Positions 39,512 through 48,640 of a stretch of DNA of 64,000 nucleotides are shown in pieces. This stretch comes from Candidatus Pacearchaeota archaeon. Lineage in GTDB: Archaea > Nanobdellota > Nanobdellia > Pacearchaeales > GW2011-AR1. The position numbers and the translations under genes were made by a program. Location of the stretch: NCBI GenBank assembly GCA_026395815.1, contig JAPLXZ010000010.1:70659-134658 (forward strand). Direction: 5' to 3'. How positions within the stretch are numbered: the first letter of the stretch is position 1; each line of letters begins with the position of its first letter. Below the pieces are notes generated by a model that ran no database searches, had not been told where the DNA came from, and worked only from the letters and a program-made list of their open reading frames with translations.

Positions 39512-39633
39512 GCCTCCGTCGCATAATGGTATTGCACCGGTCTTGAGTTAAAAAACGGCCTTGTTTGTCAAGGTTTTGTCAAACAAGAGAACCGGGCCTT
39601 TACGGCTTCCAGGTTCGATTCCTGGCGGGGGCG
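39512..39633 (+). tRNA. tRNA-Ser(TGA) with 42-nt intron at 37/38 (39548-39589)
   Basis: Acceptor GCCTCCG/CGGGGGC, G73, anticodon arm CCGGT-CT-TGA-G|A-ACCGG, long variable arm, T-arm CCAGG-TTCGATT-CCTGG; BHB-type helix CTTG/CAAG. Confidence 0.92.
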
Positions 39634-39635
39634 TT
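39623..39635 (+). repeat. att core, left copy (tRNA 3' end)
   Basis: TGGCGGGGGCGTT identical to 51869-51881. Confidence 0.9.
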
Positions 39636-39636
39636 C

Positions 39637-39657
39637 GTCGGATAAGGATACGCACTG
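39637..39657 (+). repeat. Left terminal inverted repeat of the island
   Basis: GTCGGATAAGGATACGCACTG, 18/21 match to the reverse complement of 51841-51861. Confidence 0.85.
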
Positions 39658-39694
39658 TTCAGCCCTTAATAAGCTGAACAAGACAACCTTTTAG

Positions 39695-40867
39695 ATGAGC
39701 AAAGAAAACATACACAACTACGACCGACGACTTGAAAGAACTTTAATTAATCTTAAAAAATCAATTCTCTCTGAAGCAGATAAAGAATTATTAATTAAAT
39801 TTCATGATTCTATGTTTCTTCAAGGATTAAGTGTGTCTAAAATAGAACGATACCTCTATGACGCTTATAGATTTGGATTAATGTTAAATGCTGATTTGAA
39901 AAATGCAACTAAAGAGGACATTCAAAAACTTGTTATTGATATAGAAAAAAAAGATTGGACTCCCAGCTCCAAAAGCACATTTAAGCTTATGATTAGAAAA
40001 TTGTATAAGTTTGTTGAGGGAGTTGAAGAACAAGGAGTTTATCCCAACAAAGTTAAATGGATAAAAACCCATATAAGCAAAAGCAATGAAAAACTGCCTG
40101 AAGAACTATTAACTCCTGAAGAAGTTGTTTCTATAATTAGTTGTGCTGATAATTTTAGAGACAAGGCTTTTATTTCTACTCTTTATGAAACAGGTTGCAG
40201 AATAAGTGAACTTGCTTTAGTTAAAATTAAACAAATTCAATTTGATGTTTATGGAGCCAAAATAAATATTAGTGGAAAAACGGGAAGCAGAAGATTGAGA
40301 GTTGTTAGCTCTTCTCCTTTTTTGCAGGATTGGATTAATAATCATCCGTTTAACAAAGAAAATGATTGCCCTGTTTGGATTAGCAGGGAAAGTAAAAAAC
40401 CCTTGAGTTATGAACGTATAGCTTACATCATTAGAAAAGTCGCTAAAAAAGCAGGGATAAATAAAAGAGTTAATCCTCATAATTTTAGACATTCAAGAGC
40501 TACATATCTCGCTAACCATTTAACTGAAGCGCAATTAAAGGAATATTTTGGATGGACACAAAGTTCTGACATGAGTGCAGTTTATATTCATCTATCAATG
40601 AAAGAAACCGAAAATGCTTTATTGAAATTAAGCGGGATTAATGTAAATGAAGAAGAGCAAAAGCAAATCGTTAATCCTAAATGTCCTAGATGTAACACAA
40701 TAAATAAAATTACTAGTAGATTTTGTGATAATTGCGGTTTAATATTAGATGAGAAAATAGGAAAAGACACAATCAAAGCAGATTTAGACAGACAAAGAGC
40801 TGACGAGGTTATGAATAGATTAGCACAAAATCCTAAATTTATAGAATTACTTAATGAATTGAAATAA
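39695..40867 (+). CDS. Tyrosine recombinase/integrase with C-terminal zinc ribbon
   Basis: ETGCRISE (R), GKTG (K), HNFRHS (HxxR), FGW, AVYIH (Y); CPRC...CDNC. Confidence 0.95.
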   Translation: MSKENIHNYDRRLERTLINLKKSILSEADKELLIKFHDSMFLQGLSVSKIERYLYDAYRFGLMLNADLKNATKEDIQKLVIDIEKKDWTPSSKSTFKLMIRKLYKFVEGVEEQGVYPNKVKWIKTHISKSNEKLPEELLTPEEVVSIISCADNFRDKAFISTLYETGCRISELALVKIKQIQFDVYGAKINISGKTGSRRLRVVSSSPFLQDWINNHPFNKENDCPVWISRESKKPLSYERIAYIIRKVAKKAGINKRVNPHNFRHSRATYLANHLTEAQLKEYFGWTQSSDMSAVYIHLSMKETENALLKLSGINVNEEEQKQIVNPKCPRCNTINKITSRFCDNCGLILDEKIGKDTIKADLDRQRADEVMNRLAQNPKFIELLNELK

Positions 40868-40885
40868 TAATTTTAAACTTTTACT

Positions 40886-41782
40886 TTATTTTGGAAAGTA
40901 ATATTTAGAAGGTTTATCCAAGAGCTTTTCTTTGTTTTCTTTATCAAGTTTTTTAAAATATTCGGTTTCTTTCAAAAAATTAGTTATTTTGTCTTTATTT
41001 TTTTCACCAAATAATTCTGCTTTTGCTAACTTACCCCCATAATATTCCCAGATATTTTTATTATCTTTAAGTAAAGGGATAACTTTTGAAAATTCTTGTT
41101 CCAATTTTTCTTGAAAATATCCTTCATTAATAACCTGATTTAAAAACATACAAATTAGGAAAAACTTTTCTTTTTGTGTTAAGGTTATATCTTCATCAAT
41201 AATTTCAATAAATTTTTGCATTATCTCTTTCAAGTTTATCTTTTTTGAAATCAAGCAACCAATAAAACAATCGATATTACTATTGTCTAAAAAATCTGAA
41301 TCTGCACCAGAAGGGATTAAAAATGTAAACTCAAAAAAATAATTTATTCCATCAATAATGTTGTCCGTATTGGATACTATCTCTCTTCTGAGTATTTTAC
41401 TTTCGAATAGCAATTCTATAAATTCTTTAAATTCATTTGATACTTTAACATCCTTGTCAGAAAGGTAATCCCAATAAGGATTTAAATTTCCCCTTACTTT
41501 TAAAATTCTTTGGGCAGGTCTTTGTTTATATTCAGTATATATTCTCTCTTGCATTACATATTTTTTATTGATTAACTCTGTTATATATTTTTGTGCTATC
41601 TGTCTTTTGCACACATCCTGTTTTTCTAATTCAAAACTGGTATTCCATTCCAAAAATATCTTATTAAATATCCTCTTGCATGTGCTATACCTTACTTTTT
41701 CCCAATCCACCCTGTTCACTTTTTTATTTTTTTGAACATTGTCATTTTTTTCTATCGGTGAGATTAAAGCAATCTTTTTCAT
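40886..41782 (-). CDS. Hypothetical protein (possible N-terminal winged-helix regulator)
   Basis: 298-aa ORF divergent from the 41910 operon; HTH similarity is only a visual impression. Confidence 0.6.
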   Translation of the reverse strand: MKKIALISPIEKNDNVQKNKKVNRVDWEKVRYSTCKRIFNKIFLEWNTSFELEKQDVCKRQIAQKYITELINKKYVMQERIYTEYKQRPAQRILKVRGNLNPYWDYLSDKDVKVSNEFKEFIELLFESKILRREIVSNTDNIIDGINYFFEFTFLIPSGADSDFLDNSNIDCFIGCLISKKINLKEIMQKFIEIIDEDITLTQKEKFFLICMFLNQVINEGYFQEKLEQEFSKVIPLLKDNKNIWEYYGGKLAKAELFGEKNKDKITNFLKETEYFKKLDKENKEKLLDKPSKYYFPK

Positions 41783-41909
41783 AGATTAATTATGGAAAAA
41801 GATGTTTATAACAATTTTGAACAAAATCCACCATGGGTAAAAATCATTTTATCAGAAGTAAACAAAAAAGAGGGGCAGAAAAAAAAGCAGACTCCTCAAG
41901 CAAATAACA

Positions 41910-42170
41910 ATGATAACTCTGTCAAGTGAATCCTCTGGGCTTTATACTCATCTAGCACTGAAATTAAAGCAGATAGAATCAGCAATAAAAAATAATTCAA
42001 AAAAAAGTTATATTCCTTTTCCGCTTATTTTTAGCAAAGGATTCGGAGCAACTGGAATTTCTAAAAACAAGATGTGGGAAGTTCTTTTTTTAATGAAAGA
42101 ATTTGGGCTTATTGAAGTTATCCCCTTTCATGGAATACGTTTAAAATTTGAGGTGAAAAATGAAAAGTAA
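41910..42170 (+). CDS. Small hypothetical, probable winged-helix protein
   Basis: ISKNKMWEVLFLMKEFGLIEVIPFHGIRL resembles a wHTH recognition helix plus wing. Confidence 0.55.
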   Translation: MITLSSESSGLYTHLALKLKQIESAIKNNSKKSYIPFPLIFSKGFGATGISKNKMWEVLFLMKEFGLIEVIPFHGIRLKFEVKNEK

Positions 42171-42939
42171 AGTTGGTAATATTTTTCGTAAGACCCCCTA
42201 TTCTGTATATATGTATATTTCAACACACCAAGATGGCTCTTTAACCTTCCAAACACAAATAGCGAGGGAGTTAAAGATGCCAATTTCCACCCTAAATTAT
42301 TGGATTACAAATTTTAAACAGGAGGGATTGATAGATAAACATCTTAAACTAACCAATAAAGGATTAAAATTATTCAAGTTTATGTGGGATACATATGACA
42401 AATCCAAATTAAGAACTCACAATATACAAGTTATTTTTCAAGTAGTAAAATGTCCTTCTTCTTTCCCTGATTGTTTTAGTAAAGAAATTTATCAACCTCT
42501 TTCTAATAAGAAGTATAAGGGAATAAAGACTATTCTAAATGGTTTTACTTGTATGTTTTATAGCCCCAAAAAGATAGTTTGTGTATTGCCCGATATTTAT
42601 GCTGATACTGACGAAGAAATCTCTTCTCAGATTCAATTAACAATTAACTTGCTTAGAAGTATTTTAGAAGATGAGTTTGCAGGGATTAAAATTGAGGATT
42701 ATACGTTAGCAAGAATACAGACGATACACATTGCTGTGCTTAATTCAATTAAAGCTAAGGCTTATCTCTTGAAGGGATTTACTGAAGAAAATAAAGAGTT
42801 CGCTATTGACAATTCCCATGGAAAATCAGAAATAGAATTAACTAACCCAGATAATGCACTAAGAGATATTATGGATTTATTAAAGCTAGACAAAGATGGG
42901 CGATTTAAATTATCTAAAGAAAAGATTAAAAGGTTCTAA
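42160..42939 (+). CDS. HTH-containing protein, candidate replication/maintenance protein of the element
   Basis: QTQIARELKMPISTLNYWITNFKQEGLI HTH followed by RTHNI and IDNSHGKSEIE. Confidence 0.55.
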   Translation: MKSKVGNIFRKTPYSVYMYISTHQDGSLTFQTQIARELKMPISTLNYWITNFKQEGLIDKHLKLTNKGLKLFKFMWDTYDKSKLRTHNIQVIFQVVKCPSSFPDCFSKEIYQPLSNKKYKGIKTILNGFTCMFYSPKKIVCVLPDIYADTDEEISSQIQLTINLLRSILEDEFAGIKIEDYTLARIQTIHIAVLNSIKAKAYLLKGFTEENKEFAIDNSHGKSEIELTNPDNALRDIMDLLKLDKDGRFKLSKEKIKRF

Positions 42940-42954
42940 GTCCTTTCTTTTTTT

Positions 42955-44037
42955 ATGGATAATCTTATAGCAATGTATCAAAATGGAAGAAGGATATTAT
43001 TTCAAAAAGTTGCAGATATTCCTGAAGCAATAGCTAAAGCCAAGGAATATTTTTCTAAACAAGGAAAGAAGATTGAAGATGAAACTAAAATTTTTTCAAT
43101 AAGAATGTATTTTATTGAGATTGATGATGAAGATAAGAAGAACTATAAGGTTTTAATCAATTCTGTTAATCCAGAAGGAAAGAAAATAAATCAGGACACT
43201 GCTGTTTGCTGGAAATTTGATGGGACATACAAAGGTATAACAATAAAAATTCAGACTTTTGATAAAAAAGATATTACTTATCACATTTGGGAAGTAATAG
43301 AATATTTGTTAAAAGAAGATAACACTAAAACCATCTCTAACTTAAAATTCAATTTAGATGTTAAGACAAAAAAGGGAGAAGATTATAATCAAAAACAAAA
43401 ATTAATTTTATTTTTTAGTAAAAAAGAAAATTGCGGGAAACTGTGGAAATATGAAGAAGCTAGAAAGGCTATGTCTAAAGCTGGTTTCGCGATGGTTGGA
43501 AGAGGCATAGAGGGAGAAAGACCCAGAGAATTTAGATATGATTTAGGTTACCCATTTATTACAAGTGAACAAAATAAAAATGTTCCTGATGGGTCTTTTA
43601 TGGTTGAGTTTCCCTTTCCAACAATGCCAAGAAACGAAAGAAGGAATGCTAATGTGAGTTTAGAAAAAGATGACTGGTCAGAATTACTAGAGATATTAAA
43701 AAAAGAACCAAAGAAACTTAGATGCTTTGAATGTGGTTTATTCGAAGGTGAGACTAATAAGATAGGACAAACAACAAAGTTTGAGAAAGGACATTTAGCA
43801 ACTCATTCTTCTGGAGGGGATGTTAGCAAAGGGAATATAACTGCAATATGTAAATATTGTAATTCTGAACAAAAAAATGTTTATAGCTGGGACAAAATTA
43901 CAGGGAAAAAAATTTATCACCTAGTCCCATTCTTAAAGAATAGAAATTATGAAGAGAAGTTAGAAGCATTAAAATATTTAATGAATCATCTTAAAAAAGA
44001 GGATGTGGATAAAATAGCAAAGGAGATATTAAAATAA
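42955..44037 (+). CDS. HNH-type endonuclease, candidate restriction enzyme
   Basis: CFECG...FEKGHL...GNITAICKYCN zinc/HNH motif; convergent with a C5 MTase. Confidence 0.72.
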   Translation: MDNLIAMYQNGRRILFQKVADIPEAIAKAKEYFSKQGKKIEDETKIFSIRMYFIEIDDEDKKNYKVLINSVNPEGKKINQDTAVCWKFDGTYKGITIKIQTFDKKDITYHIWEVIEYLLKEDNTKTISNLKFNLDVKTKKGEDYNQKQKLILFFSKKENCGKLWKYEEARKAMSKAGFAMVGRGIEGERPREFRYDLGYPFITSEQNKNVPDGSFMVEFPFPTMPRNERRNANVSLEKDDWSELLEILKKEPKKLRCFECGLFEGETNKIGQTTKFEKGHLATHSSGGDVSKGNITAICKYCNSEQKNVYSWDKITGKKIYHLVPFLKNRNYEEKLEALKYLMNHLKKEDVDKIAKEILK

Positions 44038-45033
44038 TTGATTTTTTATCTCTTCAGCTACTGCTTCAATCATAGGAATTGCTACTGAATTTCCTATCTG
44101 TCTATATCTTTCTCCGTTTGAGCTAATCTTTTTATAAGAATCTGGAAAACCCATAAGTCTAAAGCATTCATTTATTGTTAGCTTTCTAACTTTTCCGTTG
44201 TGATATATATGAAATCTCCCAGCTATTTCAGTAGAAGAGATTGTTGGATGTGTTCCATCTGAAGAATATATTCTGTTGCATTGTTTATGAACTCTGGATA
44301 AATGTTCGGTATTTGGTCTTGCACCTTTCTTTCTTATAGGCTTATTTCTATACCCAACAAAAATCATCCCTGTTTTTTGTTCTTTCCAAAGACTCTTATC
44401 CAAAATAGTATATTCTTCAGGAGATAAAAATTTCATCTCAGAATTTTCTTTTTCTAAAATATCTTTAATTTTAACATTAGGATTTTTTGGTTTAATCTTG
44501 CCAAAATCAAAAGGCTTATCTTTACTGGCGATTATTATTATTCTCTCTCTACTTTGTGCAACCCCATAATCTTTGGCATTTAAAACTTGATAAGTTACCT
44601 TGTATCCTAATTCTTCTAAATGTTTAATGATTATCTTTAAGGTTTGTCTACCATTATGATAGATAAGATTCTTTACATTTTCTAAAAAGAGTATTTTTGG
44701 TTTTTTCTCTTTAGCTATTCTTAATATATCAAAAAATAATGTTCCCCGCGTGTCATCAAATCCTTTTTGCTTTCCTGCTGCACTGAATGCTTGACAAGGA
44801 AAGCCACCCGCCAATATCTCATGGTCAGGGATAGTTTTCTCATCTATTTTTGTTATATCCCCTGCAGGTTTTTCTCCGAAATTTGCTTCATAGGTTTTTG
44901 CACATTCCTCATCCCATTCAGAACTAAAGACACAAGTAAATCCTTGTTTTTCCAATCCCCTTCTTATCCCTCCAATCCCTGCAAATAGGTCAATAAATCT
45001 TACCTCTTCCATATTTTTATTATCTTTTTCCAT
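44029..45033 (-). CDS. dcm: DNA (cytosine-5)-methyltransferase
   Basis: DLFAGIGG, GGFPCQ, ENV, QSRER, RLMGFP, QIGNSV. Confidence 0.96.
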   Translation of the reverse strand: MEKDNKNMEEVRFIDLFAGIGGIRRGLEKQGFTCVFSSEWDEECAKTYEANFGEKPAGDITKIDEKTIPDHEILAGGFPCQAFSAAGKQKGFDDTRGTLFFDILRIAKEKKPKILFLENVKNLIYHNGRQTLKIIIKHLEELGYKVTYQVLNAKDYGVAQSRERIIIIASKDKPFDFGKIKPKNPNVKIKDILEKENSEMKFLSPEEYTILDKSLWKEQKTGMIFVGYRNKPIRKKGARPNTEHLSRVHKQCNRIYSSDGTHPTISSTEIAGRFHIYHNGKVRKLTINECFRLMGFPDSYKKISSNGERYRQIGNSVAIPMIEAVAEEIKNQLF

Positions 45034-45043
45034 CTTTTAATTA

Positions 45044-45937
45044 TTATGCTTTTAATATTGATTGTGCTAAACTGCTTACAACTTTCGAAGATGAATCTTC
45101 ATGCAGATTTATCAAAGGGCTTCGCACTTTCGCATTTAGTTTTAGTTTAAATTCGTAATAGTTTCTCTTCGAATATCCGTTTTCTTCCCATGCTTTAATT
45201 CTGTCTGCTTCTCTTTCATAATCTCTTAAAATTTTATCTAATAAAACTAATTTTGGATTAAGCTCAAGACTACTAAGTAATATACTCTGCCAGTCTATAC
45301 CCCTCTCTCGGCATTCCTTATACAAAGCTATACCTTTTACTAAAGTTCTGAGACTCACTTCGCAAACATTTGCATATTTTTCTATTATGCTATATACTTG
45401 GGTCTTTTCTTCAATAGATATATCTTGATGAATTTCTGGGATAATCTCTCTCATCTTAGCTAGTATTTCCTCGTTTGTTGGTTGGAATTGAATAAATATT
45501 CCTCTATCCCGCAAGGCACTAATTTTTTCAGTAAGCTCATCAAATCTGTTACAAATAATAGCTACCCGAGATTTAGTTTCATATTTAGATGGAATATTAT
45601 TATTCTCTAATATTGGTGATGTGCTAAACCATGAGATTTCTTTGAACTCATCTGTATTGCATAACATCTTGAGGAGAGATAAGTTGTTATTATCTTGTAA
45701 CAAGGAGTCCACATCGTCTATTACAATCGGAAGGTCTTTATGCAGATAGGCTTCCATGTAGAGCCGTAGGGGAGTTGTATGGGCGAAAATCATTAGGCAT
45801 TCTTTCTCTTGCATTATTTCCCCTATAAGTCTGCTCTTGGCTAGTCCCGCCTTAGACTCAATTATAAGCAAATCTGCATTGCCATTTTTAAACATATTTA
45901 GGTAGAATCTAAGTTCGTTGTAAGTTTGAATTATCAT
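45044..45937 (-). CDS. AAA/P-loop ATPase-like protein
   Basis: Degenerate Walker A IIESKAGLAKS, Walker B IVIDDVD, sensor ICN, ALRDR arginine-finger-like. Confidence 0.65.
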   Translation of the reverse strand: MIIQTYNELRFYLNMFKNGNADLLIIESKAGLAKSRLIGEIMQEKECLMIFAHTTPLRLYMEAYLHKDLPIVIDDVDSLLQDNNNLSLLKMLCNTDEFKEISWFSTSPILENNNIPSKYETKSRVAIICNRFDELTEKISALRDRGIFIQFQPTNEEILAKMREIIPEIHQDISIEEKTQVYSIIEKYANVCEVSLRTLVKGIALYKECRERGIDWQSILLSSLELNPKLVLLDKILRDYEREADRIKAWEENGYSKRNYYEFKLKLNAKVRSPLINLHEDSSSKVVSSLAQSILKA

Positions 45938-45944
45938 AATAAAT

Positions 45945-46132
45945 GTAGTTATAACTTGTTTATAAACATTTCGGTTACAAATAGGTAATTTGATTTCACG
46001 AGAAATCTTGTAAAAACCCCATAAGCCATCTTTTTAACGTGTATATAAAATATAAGGGGTTATGAACATGGCTGATTTGCTTAGATATTTTCTACTTCAG
46101 AAACATTTATAAAGTATAAGTAGTTATAACTA
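45945..46132. promoter_or_regulatory. Divergent promoter region with two copies of a palindromic operator-like site
   Basis: GTAGTTATAACT at 45945-45956 and 46120-46131, each between a TTTATAAA box and a start codon. Confidence 0.6.
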
Positions 46133-46134
46133 AT

Positions 46135-46293
46135 ATGGTTTACATTGCTATAAGGAAAATTAAGGGCATAAAGTATTATTATGTAGTTGAAAGTGCCAGA
46201 AATGACAAGGGTAAGCCTGTGCAGAGGATTATAGAATATATTGGCTCTGAGAAGAAGCTACTTGAAATGCTAAAGATTAAAACTAACAGCTAA
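46135..46293 (+). CDS. 52-aa basic beta-sheet DNA-binding-like protein (not in ORF track)
   Basis: MVYIAIRKIKGIKYYYVVESARNDKGKPVQRIIEYIGSEKKLLEMLKIKTNS; K.KG..YYY...R..GK..Q....Y.G pattern. Confidence 0.65.
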   Translation: MVYIAIRKIKGIKYYYVVESARNDKGKPVQRIIEYIGSEKKLLEMLKIKTNS

Positions 46294-46407
46294 TAAGTTT
46301 AGACTAAAAATCATGTTTTAATTATACTTTTGTTTGTGTTTTCTATATTTTAGTTTAAATTAAATTGATATTCGCCTATGTTTATGCTTTAGCATTTAAG
46401 ACACATC

Positions 46408-46620
46408 TTACTTCTTTTTAGCTCTCATTTTCTTTCTTATAAAAAATCCAACTCCGTAAATAAAGCAGAAAATAACAAAGCCAAGAAAATAGCTGGTGTA
46501 ATATCCGATAGTTATGCAGATTGAAGCAATAAGGCAGAAGATTAAGAACTTCCCTAAGATTCTTCCGCTTTCCTTAAATCCTTCATTATTACTTCCTAAT
46601 ATAATTGCTTCCTTTTTCAT
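46408..46620 (-). CDS. Small two-TM membrane protein
   Basis: Two hydrophobic segments and a basic tail; ATGA overlap with upstream gene. Confidence 0.6.
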   Translation of the reverse strand: MKKEAIILGSNNEGFKESGRILGKFLIFCLIASICITIGYYTSYFLGFVIFCFIYGVGFFIRKKMRAKKK

Positions 46621-47357
46621 TTTGATGAAGTATTATCTTGCTCAAATAAATGTTTAAACCAATTTAGGATTCTTGTGATTAAATCCGCACTCACGCATTT
46701 TTCAGAAGCACAAACATTACTTTCGCATTCAAAACTGTTATCACAACTTTCTTCACTTTGCTTTTGGATAATCATTAATTTATTTTCAGAGCAATATTTC
46801 CCCTCTTTTCTGAATCCAAGAGATAAACAGCTATCATTGACATGACAGCCAGAACATAAATTTTGAGGTGGATTATTTATCTCTGAATCTGGGGAAGGAT
46901 TATTTATGCAATTAGAATTAGCTATCCCTTTCTCTAAATCCGTTAGTTCTGTTGAGCAACCATTTCCTATCCTTGAAGTGCAGTTATTTTCATCTATAAA
47001 AATAAAAGTAGGAACTCCAAAAACTCTATATTGTTTAGCCAAATCATCATTTTCTAAATCTGCAAAATCAGAATTTATATGTCTTACAACTTCTATACAT
47101 CCAGAATTTTGCTCAAATTCATTTATAGCATTGTAACTTGGATGGCTTGAAGCTGTTTCCCCAGCACAACAAGGTGCATTTTCCGAACAGAAATAGATTA
47201 GTTGTCCGCATTTTTGGGACACAGAAGCATTTGAAGAGCCACCTCCATTGATGGGACTAGAAGAATTTGCTTGAGTAGCAGGAATCAATATCAATACAAT
47301 CAAAAATACTATTAAAAAACTACGTAAGAAAGGTTTTTTCTTATCTATCTTAACCAT
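46617..47357 (-). CDS. Secreted cysteine-rich protein with thioredoxin-like segment
   Basis: Signal peptide, LAKQYRVFGVPTFIFID, Cys-rich C-terminus CDNSFECESNVC...CVS..LITRILNWFKHLF. Confidence 0.7.
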   Translation of the reverse strand: MVKIDKKKPFLRSFLIVFLIVLILIPATQANSSSPINGGGSSNASVSQKCGQLIYFCSENAPCCAGETASSHPSYNAINEFEQNSGCIEVVRHINSDFADLENDDLAKQYRVFGVPTFIFIDENNCTSRIGNGCSTELTDLEKGIANSNCINNPSPDSEINNPPQNLCSGCHVNDSCLSLGFRKEGKYCSENKLMIIQKQSEESCDNSFECESNVCASEKCVSADLITRILNWFKHLFEQDNTSSK

Positions 47358-47441
47358 ACTTTTTTGAGCATTTAATATTTTTTAAATGTTTGTCTATCTA
47401 TTGTCAATCTTTCTAATAAATGTCTACTTGGTGTCTATCTT

Positions 47442-47723
47442 ATGGAGAACTCAAAATTCTGGAAAGATTACTCTTGGATAATCATGGGAAGTCAGAGAAA
47501 AGAAGTAATAAGATTATTGTCTGATAATCCCATAACTGCCGAAGAACTAAGAAAGAAGATAAACGAGAAAACCAATTTGAAGTTAAGTCTCAGGGAGATG
47601 TCAAGACATTTAACTTCCTTCGCAGAAAAAGGTTTTGTTAAATGTTTAAATTCAAATGCCCCTTACAATAGACTTTATCTAATCACGAACACAGGCAAAA
47701 AGATAAGAGGAAAATTAGTATAG
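47442..47723 (+). CDS. Winged-helix transcriptional regulator
   Basis: GSQRKEVIRLL..PITAEEL...SRHLTSFAEKGFVKC...RLYLITNTG. Confidence 0.8.
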   Translation: MENSKFWKDYSWIIMGSQRKEVIRLLSDNPITAEELRKKINEKTNLKLSLREMSRHLTSFAEKGFVKCLNSNAPYNRLYLITNTGKKIRGKLV

Positions 47724-47783
47724 AAAATAATTTCTCTGAATACTTACAATAATCCTTTTATACTATGAAGATAATTCTAAATA

Positions 47784-48608
47784 ATGAATGAAGGGAAGAT
47801 TGTTAATTTAGAAGAAAAAGACAAAAAGGATTTAATTAAGGAGTTCAATAAGAGAGGTTATCTTTTAGAAGACAAAATGATAAGTATTCTTTCCCGTAGG
47901 TTATCTACTTTTAATAATCTTTATAAAAATCCGATAGGTATTGAATATGGAAGAAGAAACAATGGTGAAAGAATTGAAATTGATGCTATTGTTGAAATTG
48001 GAGATAAAACTTTTGTGTTAGATGCAAAAAGAACAGAATATGATTGGATTTTTTCATCCTCTATTGAAAGACCAAATAATGCAATTAATGTAGTCTATAT
48101 TCATCCTAAGGAAGGCTATGTTTCACAGCCAATGATTATAGACTCAAGTTTAGGTTTCCTTAACGTGGTTTATCATGATTTTGCGATTAAGTTTGGTGAA
48201 AATAAATTGATAAGAGGGAGAGGAGAGAAAATTTCTTTGCCAGAAGTTAACAGACCAATACATGATGCAATCAGACAGATTCTAAAGGAATCTAAAGCAG
48301 TTTTATTGGAGGGAAGTAAGTATATGTCGGCAGGAAAATTTCTTATTCCAATTATAGTAACTAATGCGAGATTACTCTATCTCGACTTTAAGGATAGTCA
48401 AATTGATGAACAAGGAAACCTCACAGACTGGAACTCATTAAAGGAAGTTAAGGCAGTCGGATATAATTTTCATGAATCTTTTAGTTTTAACACAGAACAA
48501 GGTTTTCATTCCAGCAGACCAGAAAATATTGTAAAGACTGCCTTTATAGTTAATATAAACCACCTAAAAGAAACTATTGAATATCTATCTGGATTACATA
48601 TAATATGA
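47784..48608 (+). CDS. PD-(D/E)XK-superfamily nuclease-like protein
   Basis: GYLLED...EIDAIV...VLDAKR, PIIVTNA. Confidence 0.65.
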   Translation: MNEGKIVNLEEKDKKDLIKEFNKRGYLLEDKMISILSRRLSTFNNLYKNPIGIEYGRRNNGERIEIDAIVEIGDKTFVLDAKRTEYDWIFSSSIERPNNAINVVYIHPKEGYVSQPMIIDSSLGFLNVVYHDFAIKFGENKLIRGRGEKISLPEVNRPIHDAIRQILKESKAVLLEGSKYMSAGKFLIPIIVTNARLLYLDFKDSQIDEQGNLTDWNSLKEVKAVGYNFHESFSFNTEQGFHSSRPENIVKTAFIVNINHLKETIEYLSGLHII

Positions 48609-48640
48609 AGAAATAAAAATAATGATTCTTTAATCTCTCT

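Noticed and set aside
39512..39633. tRNA-Sec or opal suppressor
   Set aside because: The anticodon is TGA (reads TCA, Ser), not TCA; 7-bp acceptor stem, G73 and variable arm fit tRNA-Ser.
46135..46400. IS1634-like transposase
   Set aside because: Only a short N-terminal-like domain with a clean stop; no DDE domain, terminal repeats or target duplication seen.
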